Source: Octopus bimaculoides
Taxonomy: Eukaryota
Reading direction: 5' to 3'
Length of the DNA: 39,886 bases
Assembly: GCF_001194135.2 (NCBI RefSeq)
Contig: NC_068982.1
Location: forward strand, 46,747,442 to 46,787,327
In this document: in pieces, positions 23,835 through 36,189 of the stretch
How the letters are laid out: every line of letters starts with the position of its first letter
Numbering within the stretch: the stretch's first letter is position 1
Notes under the pieces: generated by a model
Told to the model about the DNA's origin: nothing
The model's input: only the letters and a program-made list of their open reading frames with translations
Databases searched by the model: none
Program-made: the position numbers and the translations under genes

Positions 23835-24524
23835 CTGTGAATCAAATGAACAGAAAATAGTTTTTTTTAATACAAAAATAGGATTTTGTTGTCACAAATT
23901 TCAGCAAACATGCACATATGTGGGTGCACAAACACACACTCAAACGTATGCAGACACACATGTACATGCACAAACACATACATGCATATGCAGACACACT
24001 TGCATATGCATGCACACACAAATACACACATATATATATACATAAGTATGTGCATACATATATAGACAGTTAATAGGCAAACTCATAAGAGTATCAGGCA
24101 GGATGACTTGTGGTATTGATATAGGCTTTCTGCATTTAAAGTTCAAATCCTGCTGTGGTCCACTTTCTCCTTCAAACATTTTTGGGTCAATAAATAAAGA
24201 ATCAGATTATAGCAGTGGATTGGCAAAATTATTAAGGAAATGAATGAAGTTGCTGATCATATTTAATCCAAACTTCCCCTTTGAGTTCTGGAATGCATAT
24301 ATTGCTTAGGTGCTAAAAAAAATGCACCCTTGCTAACAAGCAGGACAAGTACTGTGAGTAAAATACTTCTTTGACACAATAGCTAAATGATAGTTGCTGT
24401 TAGATGGCGTCAACAAGGTTCCTCCTAGTTGGAGACACATGTACCATAATAGTAATAGATATACATGCATGTGTATACAGGTACATACATACATACATGC
24501 TTACATACAGGTAAGGTAAGGTGA

Positions 24525-24770
24525 AGGCACATGTCTCAGTGGTTAGAGTGTCATGACACTTTTATTTCAGGTTGCTCTGGTTCACTCAGCTGTAGAAATG
24601 AGTTTCGACATCATTGGTATTAAGCTGTATTGGCCTTTGCCTTTCCCTTGAATAACATCGGTGACAGGAAGAAGGGAGACTGGTATGCCTGGGTGACTGC
24701 TGGTCTTCCATAAACAACCTTGTCCAGACTTGTGCATAGGTGGGGAGACCAAAGGGGTCGTTACCCTTTT
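24525..24770 (+). mobile_element. SINE family D
   Basis: Head gaaggcacatgtctcagtggttagag; body ttcactcagctgtagaaatgag...ccttgaataacatc. Confidence 0.7.
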
Positions 24771-25685
24771 TTTTACATACATACCTACATGCATACATAC
24801 ATATATTTATCATATGAAGTCAACAGTCTGCCCTGAGTTTATCCACTCAGCCTGGTGCACTGAGCTCTATACAAGGTGTTTGCACTATGAAAAACGTATT
24901 ATTGATATATTTTACTATTGTTACATTACTATATATATATATGTATGTATATATATATATATATATNNNNNNNNNNNNNNNNNNNNNNNNNNNNNNNNNN
25001 NNNNNNNNNNNNNNNNNNNNNNNNNNNNNNNNNNNNNNNNNNNNNNNNNNNNNNNNNNNNNNNNNNNNNNNNNNNNNNNNNNNNNNNNNNNNNNNNNNNN
25101 NNNNNNNNNNNNNNNNNNNNNNNNNNNNNNNNNNNNNNNNNNNNNNNNNNNNNNNNNNNNNNNNNNNNNNNNNNNNNNNNNNNNNNNNNNNNNNNNNNNN
25201 NNNNNNNNNNNNNNNNNNNNNNNNNNNNNNNNNNNNNNNNNNNNNNNNNNNNNNNNNNNNNNNNNNNNNNNNNNNNNNNNNNNNNNNNNNNNNNNNNNNN
25301 NNNNNNNNNNNNNNNNNNNNNNNNNNNNNNNNNNNNNNNNNNNNNNNNNNNNNNNNNNNNNNNNNNNNNNNNNNNNNNNNNNNNNNNNNNNNNNNNNNNN
25401 NNNNNNNNNNNNNNNNNNNNNNNNNNNNNNNNNNNNNNNNNNNNNNNNNNNNNNNNNNNNNNNNNNNNNNNNNNNNNNNNNNNNNNNNNNNNNNNNNNNN
25501 NNNNNNNNNNNNNNNNNNNNNNNNNNNNNNNNNNNNNNNNNNNNNNNNNNNNNNNNNNNNNNNNNNNNNNNNNNNNNNNNNNNNNNNNNNNNNNNNNNNN
25601 NNNNNNNNNNNNNNNNNNNNNNNNNNNNNNNNNNNNNNNNNNNNNNNNNNNNNNNNNNNNNNNNNNNNNNNNNNNNNNNNNNNNN

Positions 25686-25728
<43 letters not shown>

Positions 25729-25822
25729 CATACATATATATACATACACATACATACAGGCATGCATGCATCCACGTATACATACATACATACATACATA
25801 CATACAAACATGCATACATACA

Positions 25823-26388
25823 AAAAAAGACTGTCCTGAAATAAACTTAGAAAATCCCTCTGTTATGGAATACATTCATAAACACCAACTCAAGGAATAC
25901 TGGTGGAATATTCCCATCAAAACTTCTGTCAAATGTAAACATAACAGGCCGGATATTGTTGTTTGGGACTGAAGAGCAAAGATATGTACCATCATAGAGG
26001 TCAGCTGCTCTACAGATATAAATATCTCTTGGAAAATCAAAGAAAAAGAGGATATCTATGGACAACTGCTTCGAAACCTCCAGATTCTATATCCAGACTA
26101 TGAATTCATATTCAAACCGATAACAATTGGAGCACTAGGTTTTGTTAGTAAATGCTTAAAGGAGAACCTGGATGAACTAGGATTTTCAGAAAAAGAAATC
26201 AACCGGCTAATCCATACATTACAAGTCCAATCTGTGAGTGGAACAGTAAAAATATGTAAAACTTTTCTCAAGTGCCAAATATGAATTTGTCTGTGTTAAC
26301 TACATCCCAAAGATGGAACCTTGTATCTTTGTTGGAAACTGGCTCCCTCCTCAGTGGAAGATTTATAATAATTAAGAAATAGAAGAGA
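25823..26388 (+). mobile_element. 5'-truncated non-LTR retrotransposon: restriction-like endonuclease (RLE) domain plus 3' UTR, R4/Dong-like
   Basis: One frame to TGA at 26282-26284 with a single internal stop (25970-25972): ...[56 protein letters not shown]...PITIGALG...SGTVKICKTFL. It is flanked by (TACA)n on both sides. The clade is inferred from motif memory. Confidence 0.85.
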
Positions 26389-26414
26389 CATACATACATA
26401 CATACATACATACA

Positions 26415-26448
<34 letters not shown>

Positions 26449-26844
26449 CTTAGAGACAATTGCATGAATAAACAAATAAAACTTAGGTTTGATATATAAA
26501 ATATATATACATATACATACAAAGTAAGCAAAGACAGAATATTCACAGATAATGAATACTCAAGTATAAATATATAGATATTAACAGATCAAACTTACAC
26601 AGAAAAAAATGACAGAGAAAGTTAAAGGGAAGTCATTAGCCCATATGAAGTCATGCCCATATGGAGTCTTGTAATGCAATCAGATAGGGAGGGGGTGGTT
26701 TAATAGAAAAACAGCCCTTAACAGGTGAGATCTTTATGGGCACTTAGTAGGATCTTGAACCCTTAGTGTGAAACCAGCTGCTAAGATTGGCTATAATGGA
26801 TATATAATACTGTACACTTTGATATATATATATATATATATATA

Positions 26845-27080
26845 TATCATCATCATCATCGCTTAACGTCCGCTTTACATGCTAGCATGGGTTGGACGAT
26901 TTGACTGAGGACTGGTGAACCAGATAGCTACACCAGGCTCCAATCTGATTTGGCAGAGTTTCTACAGCTGGATGCCCTTCCTAACGCCAACCACTCAGAG
27001 AGTGTAGTGGGTACTGGCAACGGCCACGCTCGAAATGGTGTATTTTACGTGCCACCTGCACAGGAGCCAGTCCAGCGGTA
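26845..27080 (-). mobile_element. SINE family B
   Basis: Same tail and core as 21063. Confidence 0.75.
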
Positions 27081-27274
27081 CTAAAAGAAAAAATTAATGC
27101 TTTTGTCCCTTTCAACGATTCAATATATATATATACATCATCATTACCATCATTTAGCGTCCATTTTCCAAGCTGGCATGGATTGGACGGTTTAGGTGCT
27201 GAACAGCTGAAGGGTCATTCTAGCTCCATGTCTGTTTTGGCATAGTTTCTGCAGTTGGATGTCCTTCCTAACAC

Positions 27275-27306
<32 letters not shown>

Positions 27307-27835
27307 CAGGGGTTGGACAAAATAATGGAAACACCTAGCATCATAGCATCATAATTTTGAAATATCTACAAAACTGTCAAAAGCTTGTTTTTTTTTTTTT
27401 TGTTTTTTGATTATTATTAGTGTTGGTTAATATATTTTGCTAAAATTGCTGTTTAGCTTCAGATATCATCAGAAAAAGGTAATTAAAATTCCTTAAAATA
27501 ACAGATCTATTGGACTTTCAAAGAGGTCAAATTGTTGGTGCTCGTATGGCAGGCACTAATGTAACGAAAACAGCTGCAATGTTTGGTGTATCAAGAAGTA
27601 CTGTCTTGAAAGTAATGACAGCCTTTGAGAAAGAGGGAAAAACCTCCTCGTCAAAACAAAACTCCAGAAGAAAACCAAAACTTTCAGATAGGGACCATTG
27701 GACTCTTACACGAATTGTTAGAAAGGATCACATAAGTACGGCTCCCAAAATTACTGCAGAGCTTAATGACTACCTCGAGAACCCAGCTTACACAAACACT
27801 GTTCACTGGGTTTCCGTTATTTTGTCCAACCCCTG
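27307..27835 (+). mobile_element. Internally deleted Tc1 element retaining the N-terminal DNA-binding region
   Basis: TIRs CAGGGGTTGGACAAAATAA(T/C)GGAAAC with TA flanks. Remnant DFQRGQIVGARMAG...FGVSRSTV.KVM...RKPKLSDRD...LTRIVRKD...TA.KITAELN. Confidence 0.9.
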
Positions 27836-27856
27836 TATATATATGTGTATGTGTGA

Positions 27857-27896
<40 letters not shown>

Positions 27897-28544
27897 ATGT
27901 GTGTGTATGAATGTATGCGTATATGCATGTACGTGTGCGTAGGTATGTATGTATGTAAGTATGTATGCATGTATGTATGTATGTATGTATGTATGTATGT
28001 GTGTGTCTGAGTCTGCATTTGTGTTTGTGCGTACTCTGGTCTACACATCATGTGATGTTTGTAAAAGAGCATCATCATCATAATCATCATCCAAGTAAGG
28101 TTGTTCAGTTTAAGTCTTCTTGAAAAAACATGTCCCAGCTATGGGAACATATTATCTTGCTTGGGAAACAGGTGAGGATCAGCAACAAGAAGAGCACCCA
28201 GCCACAGTAAACCTGCCTCAACAAATTACGTCTGACCCATGCAAGCATGGAAATGTGGACATTAAATGATGATGATAATGATGATTAGAATCATGATGAT
28301 GTGTGTGTGTGTGTGTACCTATATCCTTTACAGACTCTTTTTCATCATCATTGTCATTATAAATAATTACCATCATCAAATTTTTCATATCAATTTTATC
28401 ATACGATCAAGACATCTTTCAAAGCAGTGTAGAACATTCTTTATTGATCTAACCCATGTCCTTTCACAATACCACCCAGCTTCTTTTAAAATTAAACCAG
28501 ACTACTTAGCTGTTTACCTTATCTCTGTCCCTTTTTTTAGTACT

Positions 28545-28545
28545 G

Positions 28546-28592
<47 letters not shown>

Positions 28593-28605
28593 GCTACTGC
28601 TGCTA

Positions 28606-28640
<35 letters not shown>

Positions 28641-28950
28641 ATTATTACTACCACTATTACAACTTTTACCAGCACCACCATCACAAAGACCACCACCAAC
28701 ACCAACAACACCATCAATAAGACCACTACCACCACCACCACCACCACCACCACTACTCATATCACCATCAGCACCACCTCTACCACCACTACTTTTACCA
28801 CCATCATCACGGAAACTATGACCACAACCATGACCACCACCACCACCACCACTACTATTACTTTTACCACCACCATCACCACAACCACGATCACCACCAC
28901 TACTACTACTGCTCCTACTACTACCAGTACTACTGGTGCTGCCGCTGCTG
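28545..28950. repeat. (CTA)n/(CTG)n/(CCA)n trinucleotide tract
   Basis: Directly visible; it produces the poly-Thr ORF. Confidence 0.92.
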
Positions 28951-29379
28951 TCAGCCATTATCTCAAACAGAACTTTCAAGCCAATTTTACATTTCTCAAC
29001 ATTCACACAAATTACATTTTTTTTTTCCCTTCCTTTTTTTTTGGAAACAGCAAACCCAATCTGATACACAGCCGGCATCGTCCATTCACACAAGAGTTCA
29101 GCATCTATCTTACATACATTCCATCTTACACTTCCAAAGAAACCTATTTAATATTTTACTCTCTGACCTCTCTGAAGAGATCTGCTGCTCTCCATAAGCT
29201 ATCTTTTGCACTTCTGCCACATGCATCAAACACCCCGACCTTTCTACATCTTGAAGGAGCAGAATACCAATAAGGCTAGCCATTCTGCAGTGTTCTTGGA
29301 AATGCCTTTAACTTTTAAATGTTATACTACTGATGTATATGCAATTGCATAGGAATGTGTATGTGCATAATTACACACA

Positions 29380-29840
29380 GGCATGGCTATGTGGTAAGAA
29401 GTTTGCTTCCCAACCACATGGCTCTGGGTTCAATCCCATGGCATGGCACTTTCGGCAAGTGCTTTCTACTATAGTGTTAGGCCAACCAAAGACTTATGAG
29501 TGGATTTGATAGATGGCAACTAAAAGAAACCTGTTGTGTGTGTGTGAGTGTGTGTGTATATATATTTATATATATATATATATGCGAAAGATTCTCTTGG
29601 CCCGTTTGCCTTCAGACAGAAACTAACAGAAGCCTTCGTGTGTGTGTGTGCGTGCGTGCATGCATGTGTGTGTGTTCATCCCCCACCACTGCTTGACAAC
29701 CAGTGTTGGTGTGTTTACATCCCCATAACTTAGCAATTCGGCAAAAGAGAGCACTAGAATAAAGTACCAGGCTAAAAAAAAAAGTAAGTACTGGGATTGG
29801 TTCATTTGATTAAAAAATTCTTCCAGGCGGTGTCACAGCA
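29380..29840 (+). mobile_element. SINE family A with a duplicated internal segment
   Basis: Head, microsatellite core and tail are collinear with 11953. Confidence 0.75.
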
Positions 29841-30045
29841 TGTGAAGAGTAACAATTTCTTCTAAACGAGAATGAAGTCCTTCCTCAGGAAAATAACAAA
29901 GAAAATGCAGAAGAACAAAATGAAATATGATATTTGTCAAAAATCAAACAAGTCAAGAGAAAAAAATTACATATTTGTAGTGTCGTAGACTCTCCAAGAA
30001 GTTGTAATGACACAAGAACAGGTGCAGAATATAAACAATACGCAA

Positions 30046-30265
30046 AGGCGGTGAGCTGGCAGAAATGTTAGCAGGTCAGGTGAAATGCTTAGCAGTATTT
30101 TGTCTGTCTTTATATTCTGAGTTCAAATTATGCAGAGGTCAACTTTGCCTTTCATCCTTTCTGGGTCGATAAATTAAGTACCAGTTGCATACTGGGATTG
30201 ATCTAATCGACTGGCCCCCACCCAACCCCCAAAATTTCGGGCCTTGTGCCTAGGGTGGAAAAGAA
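30046..30265 (+). mobile_element. SINE family C
   Basis: aggcggtgagctggcagaa...gagttcaaat...taagtaccagttg...ggccttgtgcc. Confidence 0.7.
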
Positions 30266-30509
30266 TACACAAAGGATAATAAAATTAAACATAAAACAGG
30301 ATTTCGAGTTTCAAAAAAAGAACACCTTCAAAATGTTAGTTTTTCATAAAGAAAATGCCCATCTGATAAAGGTACACCAGGCAAATGCATCACAATCATA
30401 TGTGCATGACATGGTGATCTCATATCAAGACAAACAGTGCATGATCTTGAAATGGGGCCCATTTAGAATTTTGTTCTGGTCGAGTAGCCCATCCTTCTCA
30501 AAAGGTCCA

Positions 30510-30930
30510 TCATCATCATCATCATCATCATTGCTTAACGTCAGTTTTCCATGCTGGAATGTGTTGGACGGTTTGACTGAGGCCTAGCAAGCCAGTAGGC
30601 TGCACCAGGCTCCAATCTAATCTGGCAAGGTTTCTACAGCTGGATGCCCTTCCTAACGCCAACCACTTCAAGAGTGCTTTTTAGATGCCACTGTCATGGG
30701 AGCCAAGTCAGGTAGCACTGGCATTGACCACATTCAGATGGTGCTTTTTATGTGCCACCGGCACACGAGCCAGTCAGGGGGCACTGACATTGACCATGTT
30801 CGGATGGTGCTTTTTACATGCCACCAGTACAAGAGCCAGTCAGGGGGCACTGGCATCAACCCACACTTGAATGGTGCTTATCATGTGCCAAGAGCAAGGG
30901 TGCTAGTCAGGTAGCACTGGCCTCAGCCAT
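30510..30930 (-). mobile_element. SINE family B with internal ~60-bp repeats
   Basis: Same family as 21063. Confidence 0.75.
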
Positions 30931-31252
30931 GATTCTGAGCGTAATATGAGAACATAATTTGAGAAACAGTCATGAGAAACAGAAAGGATCATGAAGGGTT
31001 CAACTCAAAACTGGTCCCAAACTCTTTCAGGTTACATTTCTGTAAATTACATCTTGTTTTTAATTATTTCTGTTTTATTATACTTCTTTATTTCCATGCG
31101 AATATCTGTGTATATACACATGCATGTGTATGTATGTCAGTGTTCGGTTTTATTTCAAGGTTTCATGCCAATAGAGAAAGAGTTGGTTTCTAACCTAGAT
31201 TCAAGGCTCCTTCATTGGAATTTCAACACCAACAACAGGGTATTTTTGCTTG

Positions 31253-31303
<51 letters not shown>

Positions 31304-32749
31304 GTGTGTATGTATGCATGTATGTATGTATGCAGATTTGTATGTTTTGCTTTATGTATGTATGTATTCTCATGCATGTAGTTGCATATCTAGACAAGCT
31401 GATGTGTATTTAAATGATAAACCTCGCTATAGATGGAGTGATCTATGGGATCACCCACATTAAACGGGTAGAAGATTGTCACTGGGGCGCAGGAGGGTAG
31501 CTTAATTTGGTATGTAGGTATGCATGTATAGCACTCAGTACACTCGGCAAAGTGCTTGGCATTGGATGGGCCAAAACAGACAATGGAGCCTTGTGCAACT
31601 CCCAGCCTTACCAGTTCCTGTCAAACCATCCAATCTATGCCAGCACGGAAAACAGACATTAAATGATGATGATGATGATGATATGTGTGTGTAAGTGTGT
31701 TCGTGTGCATATGTGCATGTGTGTGCATCTTTAAAATTCTTAATACATATATTGCATAACATCTCTTAATCCCCTGCTTTCATAGTTCATAAGTGTTTTT
31801 TTTTTCACACAGCATATTATCCTTTCCTTATAACCCCTAGTGAAAAGTTTACACGTTTTATATCTCTATGAGCCCTTGTGACTAACAAAGAAAAGATCAT
31901 CATCATCATCATCACCATCATAAGCAACAGCAGCAGCAGCAGCAGCAGCAGTAGCAGCAGTAGCATTAGTAGTTCTTTTTCCCTTTTCTTTTCTTTTTGT
32001 TTGTTTATTTTTTAGGCTCTCCATACAAATTTCTGTATGACCTCACCACTTCTTGCCAGATCATCGTTGGATACTCACAGCGCCTCCCATTCACAATTCA
32101 CACTGCATGTATAAATCAAAACCACAGCACTTCCATTCACACACTCAAATCATGTGCACTTGCACACCTAACTGCAACAATTCCAACACACGGCCTGCAT
32201 ACATAACAAAATACATACATTCACTTAAGTATTATTACAACAGCATACTCATCCCCAAATTAAATTGGTTTATGGTTGGTAAGTCACTTATATTTCCAAG
32301 GTAAAGTGAACCAGAAAAAAGTACAAGCATTACATAGCAACACAAGACTACACAGTAAAAGAACCCTACCCTAAATGCTTTCAACTATTTCCGATGAGGC
32401 ACAATTTTGTATCACATATAGTTCACAGGTGTGTCATGAGATTTGGAGACTAGCTGGAAAAATGACAGGATTTTTAGATAACTTAAGTATTTTTGATGCA
32501 CTACATTCATGCATGTGTATTTTCTTGCAGCGAAGTGCAATGCACGAGCCCATCCCTGTTTCAAAACAATTTTAATACTCATTTCTCTTTTATATATAAA
32601 ATATTAATCTCTTGAAAAAGCTATTTGTGTGCTGCTATAATACTTTTAACACCTTCTTTCAGTATGCTGTAAATTGAAAGACATTGCAGTAATAGAAAAA
32701 AAAAAAAGAAAAAAAACCTCTGCTCTTATACAGCTGTTTCACCTTCCTC

Positions 32750-33155
32750 TTTTACTCTTTTACTTGTTTCAGTTATGTAAGTGTGGCCATACTGGAGCAC
32801 CGCCTTTTTAGTCGAGCAAATCAACCCCAAGACTTATTCTTTGTAAGCCTAGTACTTATTCTATCGGTCTCTTTTGCCGAACCACTAAGTTACGGGGACG
32901 TAAATACACCAGCATCGGTTGTCAAGCGATGTTGGGGGGACAAACACAGACACACAAACATATACATACACACATATATTTACATATATACGTTGGGCTC
33001 CTTTCAGTTTTCGTCTACCAAATCCACTCACAAGGTTTTGGTCGGCCCGAGGTTATAGTAGAAGACACTTGCCCAAGGTGCCACGCAGTGGGACTGAACC
33101 CAGAACCATGTGGTTCGTAAGCAAGCTACTTACCACACAGCCACTCCTGTGCCTA
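32750..33155 (-). mobile_element. SINE family A, young full-length copy, minus strand
   Basis: Close reverse complement of 11953-12383. Confidence 0.88.
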
Positions 33156-33156
33156 T

Positions 33157-33258
33157 GATGAAAGGCAAAGTTGACCTCAGTAGAATTTGAACACAGAACG
33201 TAGTGACGGGAGAAATACTGCAAAGCATTTTGTCCAGCGTGCTAACGATTCTGCCAGC
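33157..33258 (-). mobile_element. SINE family C head, minus strand
   Basis: aaagttgacctc...atttgaacacagaa...gctaacgattctgccagc. Confidence 0.6.
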
Positions 33259-33341
33259 ACACTGTCCATTGTGGGAATCAAACTCACTTCCTAGAAATTT
33301 ATGGAATAAATATGGCAAGGCATTTTGTCTGCTGCTCTAAT

Positions 33342-33590
33342 AATTCCATGGAGATGTGTGGCTTAGTGGTTGGAGGTGTTGCACTTGTGATCGTAAGATA
33401 GTGGTTTCAGTTCCTGGATCAGGTGATGTGTTGTGTTTTTGAACAAAGCATTTCATTTCGCGTTACCCTGTTTTACTCAGTTGGCAGAAATGAGTAATCA
33501 TACAACAGACTGTCATCCTGTCCGGAAGGAGTGGGGGTAGATATATGCCACAGAATCCTGGGGAAACTGACCTTATGAGACTTGGGAAGG
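33342..33590 (+). mobile_element. tRNA-derived SINE, diverged
   Basis: tggcttagtggtt A-box and ggtttcagttcc B-box-like elements. Confidence 0.6.
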
Positions 33591-33667
33591 ACCTTTGATC
33601 CTTTATTTTTGTTTTAATCAGACGATTCTACCAATCCATTCCCCTAACTGCTGCTGTTGCTGCCACT

Positions 33668-33698
<31 letters not shown>

Positions 33699-33949
33699 AT
33701 GATGACGATAAGGAGGAGGGGGATAGTGGTGATGGCAGTGATGGTGGTAGTGGTGGTGATAATGTGGTGGTGGTGGTGGTGGTGATTGACTCTCAAATCA
33801 AACTCTACACTCAAACAAGAAAAAACAAACCCTGGATATTGTGGTCTTTGGTGTACTACTGCTTGAAATAATGAAAAATGTCTATGACTATAAAGGCTTT
33901 AACCATAGGTCTGCTGAGTAAAAGTTGACCTGGGGTTAAACAACAAAGG

Positions 33950-34270
33950 TACAGAGTAAAGACCACCTTTCAGTCATAAGTGACCATCGAATTGCACCTA
34001 GAAAGTTCCCTTCCATGGCACAAGTCCAGGCAAGGTTGCCTGTGGGAGATCAGCAGTCACCTCTCTAAGTCAGCCTCTCCTCTCTAAGCCACTCATGTTA
34101 TTCAAAGGAAAGGCAAAAGCTGATACAGCTTGGCACTCATATCATTGCAACTCATTTCTACAGCTGAGTGAACTGGATCAATGTGAAATAAAGTGTCTTT
34201 CTCAAAAACACAACACATAGCCCATTGTGGGAATCGAACTTGACACTCTAAGCACTGAGCCATGTGCCTT
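33950..34270 (-). mobile_element. SINE family D, minus strand
   Basis: Collinear with 22205-22520. Confidence 0.7.
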
Positions 34271-34894
34271 CATTGATTAAACAACTACAATAGGTATAAT
34301 TACAGCACATTTTCAGCTTGTGGTCATGTGTTTGTGTGCCAGAACCAGAAGTTTACAACTGATTTTAGCATACACAGATGCAAAACTAACTTCTTGGAAG
34401 ATCCATCAAAGGCATTTTTCCGTTATATCTTCTTCCCCTATCACAAAACTTTGTGTTAGTTTGACAAGGTCAGCTTCTCCAGGTCACCTTCCCTTCATTC
34501 TCATACATGATCTTGTAATGTCTGTAAAACATAGCTTGCATGAGTGCTGCCTACTATCCACACTAATAAGATCAGCAGGTGAAAGTCAGCCTGCAGTTGA
34601 CTCAAGGATAATTATCTGAGCTCAAAATATGCAATGCCTTTATCAAAGAAATAAAACATCCACCACTTTGAAGATTGCAAGCTAAGTATGAATAAGACAC
34701 TTCAAATTGTGTGTATGTCACCAAACACAGCAAGCAAATGTAAATCAAGCGTGTGTAATATATATAGGGCAATCTCAAAACACTGAACCTTATGAAGGGG
34801 ATGACAGAGGAGTGAGATATGGGGCACGTTGCTGTACTCAAGAAGATCCACCCACCACAACATAATTGAGACTTTAAAATTAAGGTGCCGTGTA

Positions 34895-35150
34895 AAAAGC
34901 ATTGGTGTGAGTACTGGTGCCACAAAAAACGGGCTGGTGCTGGTGCCAGTTAAAAACCACTGGTGATGGTGCCGCATAGAAAGCAGCCAGTACACTCTGT
35001 AGAGTGGTTAGCATTAGGAAGGACATCCAGCTGTGGAAACCAAGTCAAAACAGACTGTGAAACCTGGTGCAGCCCCTGGTCTTACTAGTTCCCGTCAAGC
35101 CATCCAACCTATGCCAGCATGGAAAACAGATGCTAGATGTTGCTGATGAT
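34895..35150 (+). mobile_element. SINE family B, 3' part, plus strand
   Basis: gagtggttagcattaggaaggacatccagctgt core and gatgatgatg tail. Confidence 0.72.
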
Positions 35151-35439
35151 GATGAACAGAAAACAGCTGTGGTATTCAAAGCTTTATAGGACATGCCAAC
35201 ATTATGTTCTATTAAGCCTTGAAATGTGTGTCCTATAAATGCCTGAATATCATACCTATTTTCTGCTTATTATTTTTTCTATTGTTTGGCTTGTACACCA
35301 CACTCTAGCCTATTCCAAGTTTGGTACCTTATGTCTTACATTACTAGATATCAAGACAGATTGCAAAGACCACTACTAAGCCTGATTTTGGTAGCATATC
35401 ATACTTTACTTTTTACTGTACCTCCTTTATTATTGACAT

Positions 35440-35795
35440 ATATATATATGATAGTAAGTAAATGTGTTTTAAAAAAGATTTACAAGAAACTCACAGTTTG
35501 TAGGGAATAAATGTTTGATTGTTGATCGTATTTGGAAAAAAACTGACAGGAATTTGTATGCATGTGTTTATTTGTATGTATAGATGTATTTGTATGTATG
35601 TATGTATGAGTGTGTATTCTCTGTGTATATATATGGTAGTAAGCAAATGTGTGAAAAAAGATTTTCCAAAAACTCAGTTTGTAGGGAATAAAAGTTTGTC
35701 GATTGCATTTATGTATGTGTGTATTTGTGTATGTATGTGTGTATGTTTGTCGATCGCATTTATGTATGTATATATGTATGTATTAGTGTGTATTT

Positions 35796-35848
<53 letters not shown>

Positions 35849-36185
35849 TAGTAAGTAAAGGTGTTTCAAAATAAATTTTAAAGAAACTCAGAGTTTGTAG
35901 GGAAAAAATGTTTGACCGCCGATCATATTGGGAAAAGACTGACAGGTATTTGTGTGTATGTGTTTATTTGCATGTATGTGTGTATTTGTACGTATGTATG
36001 TATGTATGAGTGTGTATTCTCTGTGTATATATATGGTAGTACGTAAATGTGAGAAAAAAGATTTTACAAAAACTCACAGTTTGTAGGGAAAAGTAAATGT
36101 GTTTTAATAAAGAGTGGATCGTATTTGAAAAGGATGGGCAGGTATTTGAATGTATGGGTGTATTTGTATGTATGTGTGAGTGTGT
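35440..36185. repeat. Compound tandem repeat: four ~185-210-bp units with embedded microsatellites
   Basis: atg(g/a)tagta(a/c)g...aaactca(c/g)agtttgtaggga recurs near 35449, 35632, 35844 and 36033. Confidence 0.85.
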
Positions 36186-36189
36186 ATTG

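Noticed and set aside
28266-29273. 335-aa poly-Thr ORF, and similar poly-Gly/His/Val or YI/CV ORFs at 8870-9196, 12508-12998, 19050-19652 and 20347-20887
   Set aside because: They are translations of microsatellites, with no domain or splice support.
32063-32194. Minus-strand segment with a plausible acceptor (atgcag) and donor (gtgagt)
   Set aside because: It has stops in all three frames and no TTLL similarity. It could only be a non-coding exon, which cannot be tested here.
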